Of a DNA stretch of 64,000 nucleotides, positions 1 to 9,529 are shown piece after piece. The translations under genes and the position numbers were made by a program. The DNA lies in contig JBBAPZ010000015.1 in NCBI GenBank assembly GCA_040400605.1, forward strand, positions 1 through 64,000, read 5' to 3'. Position 1 is the stretch's first letter; the number at the start of each line of letters is the position of its first letter. Source of the DNA: Candidatus Sericytochromatia bacterium. Its GTDB lineage: Bacteria; Cyanobacteriota; Sericytochromatia; S15B-MN24; JAQBPE01. The notes below the pieces were generated by a model. The model ran no database searches, had not been told where the DNA came from, and saw only the letters and a list, made by a program, of their open reading frames with translations.

Positions 1-22
1 CTGCCAGTATCACTGCCTTCAT
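1..22 (-). CDS. 5' end of a sugar-phosphate nucleotidyltransferase (runs off the window edge)
   Basis: Minus strand reads ATG AAG GCA GTG ATA CTG GCA G = MKAVILAG, the typical NTP-transferase N-terminus, after an AGGGAAG SD-like site. Only about 8 codons are visible. Confidence 0.6.
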
Positions 23-247
23 TCAATCTTCCCTTGCTTTATCAACTCGACGCTAGACACACCACAGCTTCAGAAAAATTCTGTAACCGAAAAAGCTGAC
101 TTCAACAACGCGCGAGGGTACCGTGTCGCGCGCGTTCAGTCGCATGAACCCACCTTGTTCCAACGCTGGCTTTACGTCGGCTTCATCAGACGTGACAATA
201 ACGCAATGTACATTCCAGAATTAAAGCACCGCCAGTCATTCTCAAGT

Positions 248-2284
248 TCAGGATTTCTTGTGACGCTGAACCGCATCTGCCAGCAACTCTGCCTGACGCA
301 TCATCTCCTTGAGCACATTGTTCAGGCGTTTGTTTTCTTCAACGGCCTGATCACGCTCATGGAGCGCATGACGCACCAAAAGTTCAGTTGCAGGTTCCTG
401 TCGTAGCAAGTCCACGCGCAGCGCTGAAGGGGCAGACGAAGACTGCGCGCGTGTCTGGGTGTCAGCTATGAACGCCTCTAAGTCTTTCCAAAATTTCCCA
501 GACAGATATCCTAACGATTCAAGCGGCCAAGGCTCTCGTTCACGCAAGGCTCTGGCCTGCATAATCGAACTCTCGTCATCACCATTCCAAAGCACGCCAA
601 TTGACGAACATAGTAACTTAGTAAGCAATTCTCCATCCCCAAAACCTTCTGGCATGTAAACAACTGGACATCCAGCCAAAGCTGCTTCGATCCCCAACGC
701 TGAGGCGTCATACAAAAACAAAACCGCCGCTCGCGCAAACAGCTGTTTGAGCGCTTTTCGATCAGGCCAATCAAGCCGAAGCTCCGTTACCAGCCCACCG
801 TGTGTGCGAGGACTTGCGCCGCTACGTCTGTATTTGTGTGCATAAACGAGGCGCAGTTCAGGATCCCGATCTTGCCTAGAGTCAGCCATCCATTCGCGAG
901 GGTCGGGAGTGGGAACCCACAGGTCTTTTCCTCTTCCAAGGTTACGAATGAAGTCTGTGTGATAGCCATATATCATCTCTGTATCTGCGTAACTGACCTC
1001 TCCACCATTTACGCCAGGATAGTAAAGCACCCACCTGGCGACGACGTTCGCCCCCAGAGGGTTCCCTGAAACAATTTCCGGATACACCACGATGGGATTG
1101 AGCCCTGATTGCAAATGTAACTTGGCGATGGTCTCGCTCAACAACGGCACCGCCACGTCTGCGCCGACAAATGGACCGCTGTGCTGCGCCCAACCAATGT
1201 TGACAATCCAGGCCTCTTCACCAACTGTCAACAATGATCTACATAAGCGATAAAGCACCTGTATTCCCGAGGAATTCGTCGCCCATTGCGGAGCCACAAT
1301 GTAGTAGGGATGCCGACGGTTCCCAAAAATTCTGACAATTTCATCAGGTATCTCAGGAGCACTGAGCACGTCAGAAGCGGAAAGCGCCCGATTCAAGGCA
1401 GACGATGCTCGCCGGGCCCCATAGACCCTATCCGGGATTTGTATTGAAAACGCATTGGATAAAATTTCCTCAATAGGCATCGAACGAACAATTTCTCGCC
1501 CACGATCAGCAACCCGGTTCCTAGCCGATTCAGATTGACAGTACTCAACACATAAATCGCCTATTTGCTCAACACTCGCCCAGCAGACACCACCATCAAA
1601 CAGGCCGTCAAGTTCAGTGTCCAATCCTCGCTCCGAAATCACAAACAAACCGTTGGCGAGCGCATACGATACCCGAACGACCTCAAAAACCTTCGCCTCC
1701 AGAGCATGCACATTCAAAAAAACCTTGGTTCGCGCATACAATGCATCTCTTTCAGCACCATAAACATCAAAGCAACTAACGACATTCAGTCCGCGTGCAG
1801 CAATCGATTCAAGGATGTCGGACCGCCTCTTATTCAAAGACCCAACAAACAATACGTCTATGTCCGGTTCAGCAGGCACAATTCGCTCAAGTTCTGCCAC
1901 GTATCCTATCGGAACATGGACCGCATTCGTTACCCCAAGGGCGGCCAGGGCTGCAATGTTTGCTTGACTGTAATCCCATACCAAGTGCTTTCTGAGAACC
2001 TCAATATAGTCAGCGCTCAACCAATCCGAACCCTCATCGATCTGCTCCAGATTGTATATGATGGAACCATTTGGCAACGAGCCCTCTGGTACCGCTCGCA
2101 ACAGGTTGGCACCCACAATTAAAGGAATACCGACCAAAGGCAATTCACCCCAATGCACCACTATTGAAAAGCCAAGATTTTCAAAACCCCGTTTAAGACT
2201 AAACACCACTTCGTCAAACGCCCGCACATGAGAATAACCTTTGGGCGACACCACCCAGATATACAAATCTTTCGGAATCGCCAT
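248..2284 (-). CDS. Large glycosyltransferase, probably two fused GT-B-like modules; putative flagellin/surface glycosylation
   Basis: N-half has DIDVLFVGSLN...LNVH...FEVVR...VISE, typical of GT1/CgeB-like enzymes. C-half starts HPYYIVAP...SSGIQVLYRLC and has EAALAGCPVV. Lies downstream of the flagellins and is lower in GC. Confidence 0.65.
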   Translation of the reverse strand: MAIPKDLYIWVVSPKGYSHVRAFDEVVFSLKRGFENLGFSIVVHWGELPLVGIPLIVGANLLRAVPEGSLPNGSIIYNLEQIDEGSDWLSADYIEVLRKHLVWDYSQANIAALAALGVTNAVHVPIGYVAELERIVPAEPDIDVLFVGSLNKRRSDILESIAARGLNVVSCFDVYGAERDALYARTKVFLNVHALEAKVFEVVRVSYALANGLFVISERGLDTELDGLFDGGVCWASVEQIGDLCVEYCQSESARNRVADRGREIVRSMPIEEILSNAFSIQIPDRVYGARRASSALNRALSASDVLSAPEIPDEIVRIFGNRRHPYYIVAPQWATNSSGIQVLYRLCRSLLTVGEEAWIVNIGWAQHSGPFVGADVAVPLLSETIAKLHLQSGLNPIVVYPEIVSGNPLGANVVARWVLYYPGVNGGEVSYADTEMIYGYHTDFIRNLGRGKDLWVPTPDPREWMADSRQDRDPELRLVYAHKYRRSGASPRTHGGLVTELRLDWPDRKALKQLFARAAVLFLYDASALGIEAALAGCPVVYMPEGFGDGELLTKLLCSSIGVLWNGDDESSIMQARALREREPWPLESLGYLSGKFWKDLEAFIADTQTRAQSSSAPSALRVDLLRQEPATELLVRHALHERDQAVEENKRLNNVLKEMMRQAELLADAVQRHKKS

Positions 2285-2435
2285 AAACTACCTCATCATC
2301 CGTAACTGACTAGATTTTCGTATCTTCTTTACCATAATAACTTTTAGTAACAACCCTACAAAACGCTGGCCACCCAAAACTTGAACCGGCTTCACTGTAT
2401 CTGGCACGCTAAACGAAATCCTCATTCTGCAGCCA

Positions 2436-3551
2436 CTATCTCCTGCACCATGTGTCAATCAGATTCCGTAAACACGCTGCCTCAGCAGCAGGACAATTCG
2501 GATCACGCGATGCCAACCGAGCGCACTCAGCAGCCAATTCCAACTTCCCGGCTCGCACATAGATGGCCATCATCTCCGTGTAAACGAGAAACCCCCGCAA
2601 ACCCATTCGCTCGACTCCCAACGGCGGGACCTTCGTCTCCACACATTGCCGAAAGTCTGCCAATGCATCGGCATCATACCCCAACGCAGCGTGAATTTTT
2701 CCCCGCTCATACAACAGTTCGGGATCGGGCCCCACACGCGCCAACCCTTCAGTCAAAATGGCCACAGCGCGGGATAACGCGCCTTGTTTTTCAGCCACCC
2801 ACGCACCCAGCTGAAACCAGCGCGGCACGTATTCTGGCGGCAGAACCAAACCAACGTTTGCAAGTTGATCCATGACGAGCAGTGCATCCGCCGTTTCGGT
2901 CAAACACGCCAGCAAGCACGAGACATTGGCCAAATGGAACCAAGCCAACGGATCACGCGGCGACTCTTTCACCATGATTGTTGACAACATTAGATTGCGC
3001 TCAAGTTTGTTTCGTGAGTCTACGAACTGCTGAGCATAACCAACATGCTTGATGCCAACGCCATCAAGGTCAGCCACGGATCCACCAAAGCGCAACAAAT
3101 CGCCTGTTACCGTCTCATGAATACGCCCCTTAAAACGGAGATCAGGATGAAACCGAAACAAACGCGGCGACGAACGCACAACCGAGCGCAACGTCCCACC
3201 CTCAGCCACGTTAAAAATCTTCAGGCGATACCCAATCAATCCGTCAGCATGAAGCGCCTGATGCCATGCCAACGCATCCTCCACTACCAAGACCTCATCG
3301 GCATCCAAAACCAGTACCCAATCCCCCGTCACCCCTGCCAAACCAACGTTTCGCGCATCAGCAAAATGGTCCTGCCACCCGTGGTGCACCACGTCACAAC
3401 CCGCAGCGCGCGCGACAGCGACCGTCTCATCGCACGAACCCGTATCAACCACAATGCAACGGGTTACCCAAGGTCTTACAGACGCCAAACAGCGACCCAA
3501 ATTTAGCGCTTCATCCCGCACAATTATGCAGAGCTCAACCGTGTTGTACAT
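2436..3551 (-). CDS. GT2 glycosyltransferase with C-terminal TPR-like repeats (flagellin-glycosyltransferase-like)
   Basis: LCIIVRDE, VVDTGSCDET, FADARN, LVLDADE, GRIHE, IKHVGY motifs and a helical TPR-like tail; directly downstream of flagellin. Confidence 0.85.
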   Translation of the reverse strand: MYNTVELCIIVRDEALNLGRCLASVRPWVTRCIVVDTGSCDETVAVARAAGCDVVHHGWQDHFADARNVGLAGVTGDWVLVLDADEVLVVEDALAWHQALHADGLIGYRLKIFNVAEGGTLRSVVRSSPRLFRFHPDLRFKGRIHETVTGDLLRFGGSVADLDGVGIKHVGYAQQFVDSRNKLERNLMLSTIMVKESPRDPLAWFHLANVSCLLACLTETADALLVMDQLANVGLVLPPEYVPRWFQLGAWVAEKQGALSRAVAILTEGLARVGPDPELLYERGKIHAALGYDADALADFRQCVETKVPPLGVERMGLRGFLVYTEMMAIYVRAGKLELAAECARLASRDPNCPAAEAACLRNLIDTWCRR

Positions 3552-3573
3552 TACGCCCTCAATCCCGGCTTAT

Positions 3574-3602
3574 AAAAAAAGCCCCCCTTTTTCAAGGGGG
3601 AC
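3574..3602 (-). terminator. Intrinsic terminator after flagellin
   Basis: Minus strand CCCCCTT-GAAA-AAGGGGG hairpin followed by a T7 run, just downstream of the flagellin stop at 3625. Confidence 0.85.
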
Positions 3603-3624
3603 CGTACGTAAAAACCGCCTTGCC

Positions 3625-4485
3625 TTACCGGAAAAGCGACATCACGTTTTGCGGATTGCTGTTCGCCTGCGACAACATCGATGTGCCGGACTGGAACAAA
3701 ATCTGACGACGGCTGACTTCCGTCATTTCTGCCGCCATATCCACATCGCGGATCCGGTTCTCGGCCGCCGCAATGTTCTCCCGTCCAACCGCCAATGACT
3801 TGATGCGGGACTCCAGCCGGTTGACCGTCGCACCCAGCGAGGTTCTGAGGTTAGACACGGACGCAATCGCCGTATCGATCTTCGAAATCGCTGACGTGAA
3901 GCTCGCACCGTTGACCGCTGTCGTGTTCATCGCAGCACTGGTCAGACCCAAACCTGCTGTCACCGATGACGCGTCAGACGAACCCTTCAATGAAGCGAAC
4001 GATACCGACAACGTGTCCGAAGCGTTGAAGCCAACCTGATAGGTAAACGACGCTTGCGTAGTCGTTTCGGCAATCATCTTTTGTGTGTTAAACCGCGTTT
4101 TGTCTGCAATGTCATCGATTTCACAACGCAGCGCATCGAACTCTGCCCCGATGGCTTGGCGGTCTGCCGTCACCAAGGTATCGTTCGTTCCCTGAACCGC
4201 CAATTCACGCATTCGCTGCAAAATCGAATGCACCTCATCGGCAGCGCCTTCCGCAACATTGACCATCGAGATGGCATCTTGCGCATTGCGCTCCGCCTGT
4301 GCCAAGCCGCGAACCTGCGAACGCAACTTCTCAGAAATTGACAAACCTGCCGCATCATCCGATGCGCGATTGATGCGTAGCCCGCTCGACAACTTCTCGA
4401 GCGAACCAGTCAACCCCTTGGCTGTATTCTGTAACACCCGGTGGGTGTTCATCGCAGCCACGTTTTGATTTATCCGTAGCGTCAT
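3625..4485 (-). CDS. fliC: Flagellin (286 aa)
   Basis: LEKLSSGLRINRASDDAAGL, LQRMRELAVQ, LGATVNRLE, RIRDVDMAAEM, MLSQAN motifs. Confidence 0.97.
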   Translation of the reverse strand: MTLRINQNVAAMNTHRVLQNTAKGLTGSLEKLSSGLRINRASDDAAGLSISEKLRSQVRGLAQAERNAQDAISMVNVAEGAADEVHSILQRMRELAVQGTNDTLVTADRQAIGAEFDALRCEIDDIADKTRFNTQKMIAETTTQASFTYQVGFNASDTLSVSFASLKGSSDASSVTAGLGLTSAAMNTTAVNGASFTSAISKIDTAIASVSNLRTSLGATVNRLESRIKSLAVGRENIAAAENRIRDVDMAAEMTEVSRRQILFQSGTSMLSQANSNPQNVMSLFR

Positions 4486-4495
4486 AGACCATTAA

Positions 4496-4534
4496 CCTCC
4501 CTGGTCACCTTCGGGGTCGAATCCTTTCTTCCCC
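4496..4534 (-). promoter_or_regulatory. Putative CsrA-binding 5' leader of flagellin (AGGA-loop hairpin plus CAGGGAGG at the SD)
   Basis: mRNA reads GGGG-AA-GAA-AGGA-UUC-GA-CCCC then CAGGGAGG; the same layout occurs in the paralogous leader. Confidence 0.65.
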
Positions 4535-4824
4535 TGCTGCCCAATACAGCTTGAATACCCGGCGCGCACAGATACCCAAGCAACCAAATTGCGCAACCAA
4601 CAAACACCTCAGCCGGCTAATATTTGGGGAAAAGGCATGAAATAAAAACGTCGCCAAGACAATAAACCAGGCAATGCAACGCAAATTTTTAACGCCGTCA
4701 CCCAAAAAAGATTAAAGCATCTGTTCGCCAAACCAAAATGACTCACGCACAAATCCGAGCCGAACGAGATACTCCTGCAAACTGCAAGACTAATACGAGG
4801 CCCGAATCATATGCCTCGTTGCCC

Positions 4825-5646
4825 CTACCGGAACAACGACATCACATTCTGCGGGTTGCTGTTCGCTTGAGATAACATCGAAGTGCCGGACTGGAACAGG
4901 ATCTGACGACGACTCACTTCGGTCATCTCAGCCGCCATGTCAACGTCACGGATGCGGTTTTCCGCAGCCGCAATATTTTCCCGGCCAACCGACAAGGACT
5001 TAATCCTGGATTCCAATCGGTTGACGGAAGCACCGAGATTGGTCCGCAACGTCGAAACCGCCGAGATGGCTGTATCTACAGATGCAATCGCAGTGTTGAA
5101 GTCACCACTTGTCGACAGTGCCGACGTGCCCAAGGTGAGCCCGGCATTCGACCGAAGCGACGTGAACGACACCGAGAACGTATCAGTTGTATTGAAACCG
5201 ACCTGATAATTCTTGGTTGTGGTTGTTTCCGACAACAACTCCTGCGTATTGAAGCGCGTCTTCGTTGCGATGTCATCAATTTCGCTACGCAACTGCGTGT
5301 ACTCCGCGCTGATTGCCTGACGATCCGAGGTCACCAATGTGTCATTCGAACCTTGAACCGCCAACTCACGCATCCGCTGCAGAATCGAATGCACCTCGTC
5401 TGCAGCCCCTTCCGCAACATTGATCATCGAGATCGCGTCCTGTGCGTTCCGCTCAGCCTGGGCTAAGCCCCGCACCTGCGACCGCAATTTCTCTGAGATC
5501 GACAAACCGGCGGCGTCGTCGGATGCGCGATTGATTCGCAGCCCGCTCGACAATTTCTCAAGTGACGAAGACTGTCCCTTGGCCGTCCCCTGCAAAACAC
5601 GATGTGTGTTCATTGCAGCAATGTTTTGGTTAATCCGTAGAGTCAT
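4825..5646 (-). CDS. fliC: Flagellin (273 aa)
   Basis: Same conserved D0/D1 motifs; termini nearly identical in protein to the neighbouring flagellin. Confidence 0.97.
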   Translation of the reverse strand: MTLRINQNIAAMNTHRVLQGTAKGQSSSLEKLSSGLRINRASDDAAGLSISEKLRSQVRGLAQAERNAQDAISMINVAEGAADEVHSILQRMRELAVQGSNDTLVTSDRQAISAEYTQLRSEIDDIATKTRFNTQELLSETTTTKNYQVGFNTTDTFSVSFTSLRSNAGLTLGTSALSTSGDFNTAIASVDTAISAVSTLRTNLGASVNRLESRIKSLSVGRENIAAAENRIRDVDMAAEMTEVSRRQILFQSGTSMLSQANSNPQNVMSLFR

Positions 5647-5655
5647 AAATGTATA

Positions 5656-5695
5656 CCTCCCTGGTTACCATACGGGGGTGAATCCTTTCTCCCCC
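5656..5695 (-). promoter_or_regulatory. Putative CsrA-binding 5' leader of the second flagellin
   Basis: mRNA reads GGGGG-A-GAA-AGGA-UUC-A-CCCCC then CAGGGAGG overlapping the SD. Confidence 0.65.
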
Positions 5696-5779
5696 TGCTA
5701 GCCCGTATCATTTATATACCAAGCGATCGCATCGACACAAGCCTTTTAACAAAAAAATAATCTTTAAAACCAACTCCTA

Positions 5780-6490
5780 TCAGCCAGGCCCCGCGCCGCC
5801 CCCACGGAAGGCCGGCAGGGTCACCACAGGCGCCGCCTTGGACTCCTCGGCCTCCCCAGAGCGCGCTGCACCCGGCACACCCGCCACCGGACGCCCCACC
5901 ACCACATGACACGCCCGGCAGCGCGCCTCATACGCTTCATCCGCCCCGATCATAATCACCGGATCGTGGTAATTCGCGGGACGACCATCGATCAACCGCT
6001 GGGTGCGCGTCGCAGCCGCCCCGCACGCCAAACAGATCGCCTGCAACTTATCCACGTGCTCCGCCACCGCCATCAGCCGCGGCATCAACCCAAACGGCTC
6101 TCCCCTAAAATCCAGATCCAACCCCGTGCAGATCACCCGCTTCCCCGCATCCGCCAAACGCTGCACCACCGTCACGATCTCATCATCAAAAAACTGCACC
6201 TCATCGATCGCAACCACCTGCACGCCCCCACGCGCCTCCACCGCACCAGCCACCTCCGCCGCATGCCGCGCCCGCAACGCCTCAATCGTCACCCCACTAT
6301 GCGCATTCACAAGCTCCGGCGCATACCGATCATCCATAACAGGCTTAAACACCATCACCGACTGCTTCGCAATCGCCGCCCGACGCACCCGCCGAATCAA
6401 CTCCTCCGTCTTTCCACAAAACATCCCACCACAAATCACCTCCACCCAACCACTCGAGCGCTTGATCTGACTAAAGCGAAAATTCGTCAT
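5780..6490 (-). CDS. tdk: Thymidine kinase
   Basis: [11 protein letters not shown]alker [19 protein letters not shown], and zinc cysteines in CLAC and YEARCRAC. Confidence 0.95.
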   Translation of the reverse strand: MTNFRFSQIKRSSGWVEVICGGMFCGKTEELIRRVRRAAIAKQSVMVFKPVMDDRYAPELVNAHSGVTIEALRARHAAEVAGAVEARGGVQVVAIDEVQFFDDEIVTVVQRLADAGKRVICTGLDLDFRGEPFGLMPRLMAVAEHVDKLQAICLACGAAATRTQRLIDGRPANYHDPVIMIGADEAYEARCRACHVVVGRPVAGVPGAARSGEAEESKAAPVVTLPAFRGGGAGPG

Positions 6491-6501
6491 CCCCAAACCC
6501 C

Positions 6502-7896
6502 CTAAACCAACACCAAATCAACCGCAGGCACCACCGCACCCTCACCCGACGCCGCCCAAAAACTCGCCCAGACCTCAGACGCCCGCTGCGCCAAACGCTC
6601 CCGCTTCAACAACTTGTCCCGCACCACGTCCTCAAGTGGCGGCAACAACCCCCAATTCGCATTCATCGGCTGAAAATACCGCGCACTCGCCTCCGCAATA
6701 TAATGGCTCAACGCCCCCAACATCGTCTCTTTGGGAAACGCCAACGCAGCCTCACCCCGCATCACCCGCGCCAAATTAATCCCCGCGAGCGCCCCCATCG
6801 CCGCCGAGTCCGTATACCCCTCCACACCAATCATCTGCCCCGCCGCAAACAACTGCGCATACCCCTTCCACTGCAAAGTCGGATGCAACAAATGCGGACT
6901 GTTCAAATAGGTATTCCGGTGCATCACCCCCAAACGCACAAACTCCGCCTGCTCAAGACCCGGAATCATCCGAAAAATCCGCGTCTGCTCTCCCCACTTC
7001 AACTGCGTCTGAAATCCAACCAGATTGAACAAACTCGCCACCGCATTGTCCTGCCGCAATTGCACCACCGCCCAGGGCCGACGCCCGGTCGCGGGATCAA
7101 CCAACCCCAACGGCTTCATCGGCCCATAGCGCATCGTATCCACACCCCGCCTGGCAATCACCTCAATCGGCAAACAACTCTCGAAAAATCGCTGATCCCC
7201 ATCGTGATGCAACACCGCATTCTCACCCGCCACCAACGCCGCCCAAAACGCCTCATACTGCGCCTTGTCAAACGGACAATTCAGATAATCACCACACGCC
7301 TCCTCAACCACCTCGCCCGCCTGCCGCGCGCGCCTTTGCGCCAAACCCTCCCGCCCGGCACGGAAAATCTTGCTGTGGTCCAAGGAATCAACCGTGACGA
7401 TCGGCGCCGCCGCATCATAAAAGAAGAGATACGCCTCACCCGCTAACGCCTGTAACCGCGCAGCCAGCACATCTGAGGTCATCGGACCGGTTGCAACAAC
7501 TGTGGGCACGTCAAAATCGAAGTCCTGCACTTCCTCCCGATGCACGGTAATCAATGGATGGGCACTGACCGTGGCGGTCACTGCGCGGGCGAAGTGGTCG
7601 CGATCCACCGCCAACGCACCGCCGGCAGGGACTGCGTGGCGATCCGCCGCCGCAATCACCACCGACCCCATCCGCCGCATCTCGTCCTTCAACAACCCCG
7701 ACGCCACACTCAACGCCTGACCACCCAACGAGTTGGAACACACCAACTCCGCAAAATCAGTCGTATGATGCACAGGCGTCGCACGCACCCCCCGCATCTC
7801 ATAAAGGTCCACCGGCACCCCACGGCACGCCAACTGCCACGCCGCTTCAGCACCTGCCAACCCCGCCCCGATCACCCGTGCCCGTCGCTTAGTCAT
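6502..7896 (-). CDS. trmFO: Folate/FAD-dependent tRNA m5U54 methyltransferase TrmFO
   Basis: [53 protein letters not shown] motifs. Start moved to MTKRR. Confidence 0.95.
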   Translation of the reverse strand: MTKRRARVIGAGLAGAEAAWQLACRGVPVDLYEMRGVRATPVHHTTDFAELVCSNSLGGQALSVASGLLKDEMRRMGSVVIAAADRHAVPAGGALAVDRDHFARAVTATVSAHPLITVHREEVQDFDFDVPTVVATGPMTSDVLAARLQALAGEAYLFFYDAAAPIVTVDSLDHSKIFRAGREGLAQRRARQAGEVVEEACGDYLNCPFDKAQYEAFWAALVAGENAVLHHDGDQRFFESCLPIEVIARRGVDTMRYGPMKPLGLVDPATGRRPWAVVQLRQDNAVASLFNLVGFQTQLKWGEQTRIFRMIPGLEQAEFVRLGVMHRNTYLNSPHLLHPTLQWKGYAQLFAAGQMIGVEGYTDSAAMGALAGINLARVMRGEAALAFPKETMLGALSHYIAEASARYFQPMNANWGLLPPLEDVVRDKLLKRERLAQRASEVWASFWAASGEGAVVPAVDLVLV

Positions 7897-7926
7897 CCAA
7901 CCCCCAACACTCACCACAACCATCCA

Positions 7927-7935
7927 ATTCTAACA
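7927..7935 (-). promoter_or_regulatory. Extended -10 element of the trmFO-tdk promoter
   Basis: Minus strand TG-T-TAGAAT about 30 nt upstream of the chosen start. Confidence 0.45.
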
Positions 7936-8065
7936 CCTCAACCACCTGGCGCTGCCAAACCGGACAGCCAACGAACACCATTGGTTTCCTGCGTGATAAA
8001 ACAATTGAAATAACCTAAGGTTTGGTATATATGGAAGCGGACAATATCGAAATGGAGGCGCTGCC

Positions 8066-8518
8066 GTGGGTAAAGCGATCATCCCGTCGGATGCGGAGAT
8101 TGACGCGATTCGCGCAAAGAGTGCGGAGGCGAATGCGTGTGAGATTCGGGCTGAGCGTGTGGCCTATGACCCTGCTAGCCGGACGATCACGTTGTGGTTG
8201 GTCGGGCGTTCGTCGCCCACTGCAACCGTTGTCACTTTTTCGGCGGATGTGACGCCAGCATTGGCTGCTGCAACCGATGAGCAGCTGGCGGAGCTGGTGG
8301 TGTATCCGTTTGGCACGACGGTTGCGATCGCCTCGCTCAATTTGCATCTCAGTGTGGAAGCACTGGTATTGCGCGCCCTGATGGGCGAACATTACCACGC
8401 GCGCTTGCGGCAACGTGCGGCGGCGACCATGGGGCAAGCGACAAGTCCTGCCAAGGCTGCAGCCGTCCGTGAGAATGGGAAAAAAGGTGGTCGCCCGAGA
8501 AAGCGGGCTGGTGATTGA
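8066..8518 (+). CDS. DUF2442-like protein (antitoxin-like)
   Basis: C-terminal TSPAKAAAVRENGKKGGRPRK and the L..A...QL..V....G....LNLHLSV pattern I associate with DUF2442 proteins; GGAGG SD before GTG. Confidence 0.65.
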   Translation: MGKAIIPSDAEIDAIRAKSAEANACEIRAERVAYDPASRTITLWLVGRSSPTATVVTFSADVTPALAAATDEQLAELVVYPFGTTVAIASLNLHLSVEALVLRALMGEHYHARLRQRAAATMGQATSPAKAAAVRENGKKGGRPRKRAGD

Positions 8519-8638
8519 TTGAAAGGCAGCGTGATTCGTGCGTAGCAGCGGTGGCAATCGCAAGTGGTCAAGGCCTGCTGCGTCGCCAGCCAGTGTATTG
8601 CGGAAGCACAGGAGGGCCACTACGCCAAGAGACCGGGC

Positions 8639-8666
8639 TTGTCAAACATAGCGGATACGCTATAAT
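8639..8666 (+). promoter_or_regulatory. Sigma70 promoter of the TA operon with an overlapping inverted-repeat operator
   Basis: TTGTCA-N16-TATAAT; palindrome ATAGCG-gata-CGCTAT (8648-8663) overlaps the -10. Confidence 0.75.
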
Positions 8667-8694
8667 GAGTAAGTCGGCGAAAGGAGACGTGCAC

Positions 8695-9081
8695 ATGAAA
8701 CCCGTCCGTTGGCTAGGAAGCAGCCGCGACGATATGCGCGAGATGCCGAAGCCGGTGCGGGCCGAGCTGGGCTTCAAGTTGGAGCAACTTGAGCAAGGCT
8801 TCTCCCTCGCCCCGCCCCATGCGAAGCATCTGGCCGGCTACCAGCCGGCTGTGGACGAGCTGATCGAGAACCATGACGGAGACACCTACCGCGCGATCGT
8901 CACGGTCAGGCTAGAGGACGCCATCTACGTGCTGCACGCGTTCAAGAAGAAGTCGAAGCATGGCATCGGAATGACGAAGCAGGACCAGGAGCTGATCGCC
9001 GCGCGGCTGCGCGAGGCGATCGCGGACCACGAGAACCGGCGCCAGCGGGCGCAGAAAGGAGACCAGCGTGACCGTCCATGA
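8695..9081 (+). CDS. RelE/ParE-family (HigB/Gp49-like) toxin
   Basis: MKPVRWLGSSRDD...GDTYRAIVTVR...IYVLHAFKKKSK; AAGGAG SD; toxin-first gene order. Confidence 0.85.
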   Translation: MKPVRWLGSSRDDMREMPKPVRAELGFKLEQLEQGFSLAPPHAKHLAGYQPAVDELIENHDGDTYRAIVTVRLEDAIYVLHAFKKKSKHGIGMTKQDQELIAARLREAIADHENRRQRAQKGDQRDRP

Positions 9082-9382
9082 ATCCAAGGGCAGCGTGCTC
9101 GATGACCTGTTCGAGCCCGAAGAGGCCGCCGAGCTCAAGCTCAAGGCGGCGCTCGCGCGACGTATCCGCATCGTGATGGCGCAGCGCAAGCTGACCCAGA
9201 AGCAGACCGCGGCGCTCACCGGGATGCGTCAGCCCGACGTCAGCAAGATCGTGAACTACAAGTTCGCGGAGATCGGCATCGATCGGCTGTTCCGCGCCCT
9301 GACCCGGCTGGGCGTGGACGTACACATCACGCTGCCCGACCATCCGGACGGGGGCGAGGGGAGTATCGAGGTAGTGGCCTGA
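9068..9382 (+). CDS. XRE-family HTH antitoxin (HigA-like)
   Basis: GSVLDDL, LTQKQTAALTGMRQPDVSKI HTH, LTRLGVDVHI; overlaps the toxin stop. Confidence 0.85.
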   Translation: MTVHESKGSVLDDLFEPEEAAELKLKAALARRIRIVMAQRKLTQKQTAALTGMRQPDVSKIVNYKFAEIGIDRLFRALTRLGVDVHITLPDHPDGGEGSIEVVA

Positions 9383-9529
9383 CCGCAAGCCCTCAACACC
9401 TCAGCCCCCCACAACCTGTGATGCGATCGCTATCGCACGGGTGCCGTGTCAGGTTATAACCACTAGTATGAACGCATTGACCCACATGGGCCCGTGGCCC
9501 AACCAGTCACGCTTTGGCGGGTGACGGCC

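Noticed and set aside
8515..8694. N-terminal extension of the toxin ORF
   Set aside because: Contains the TA promoter and SD; the real start is ATG 8695.
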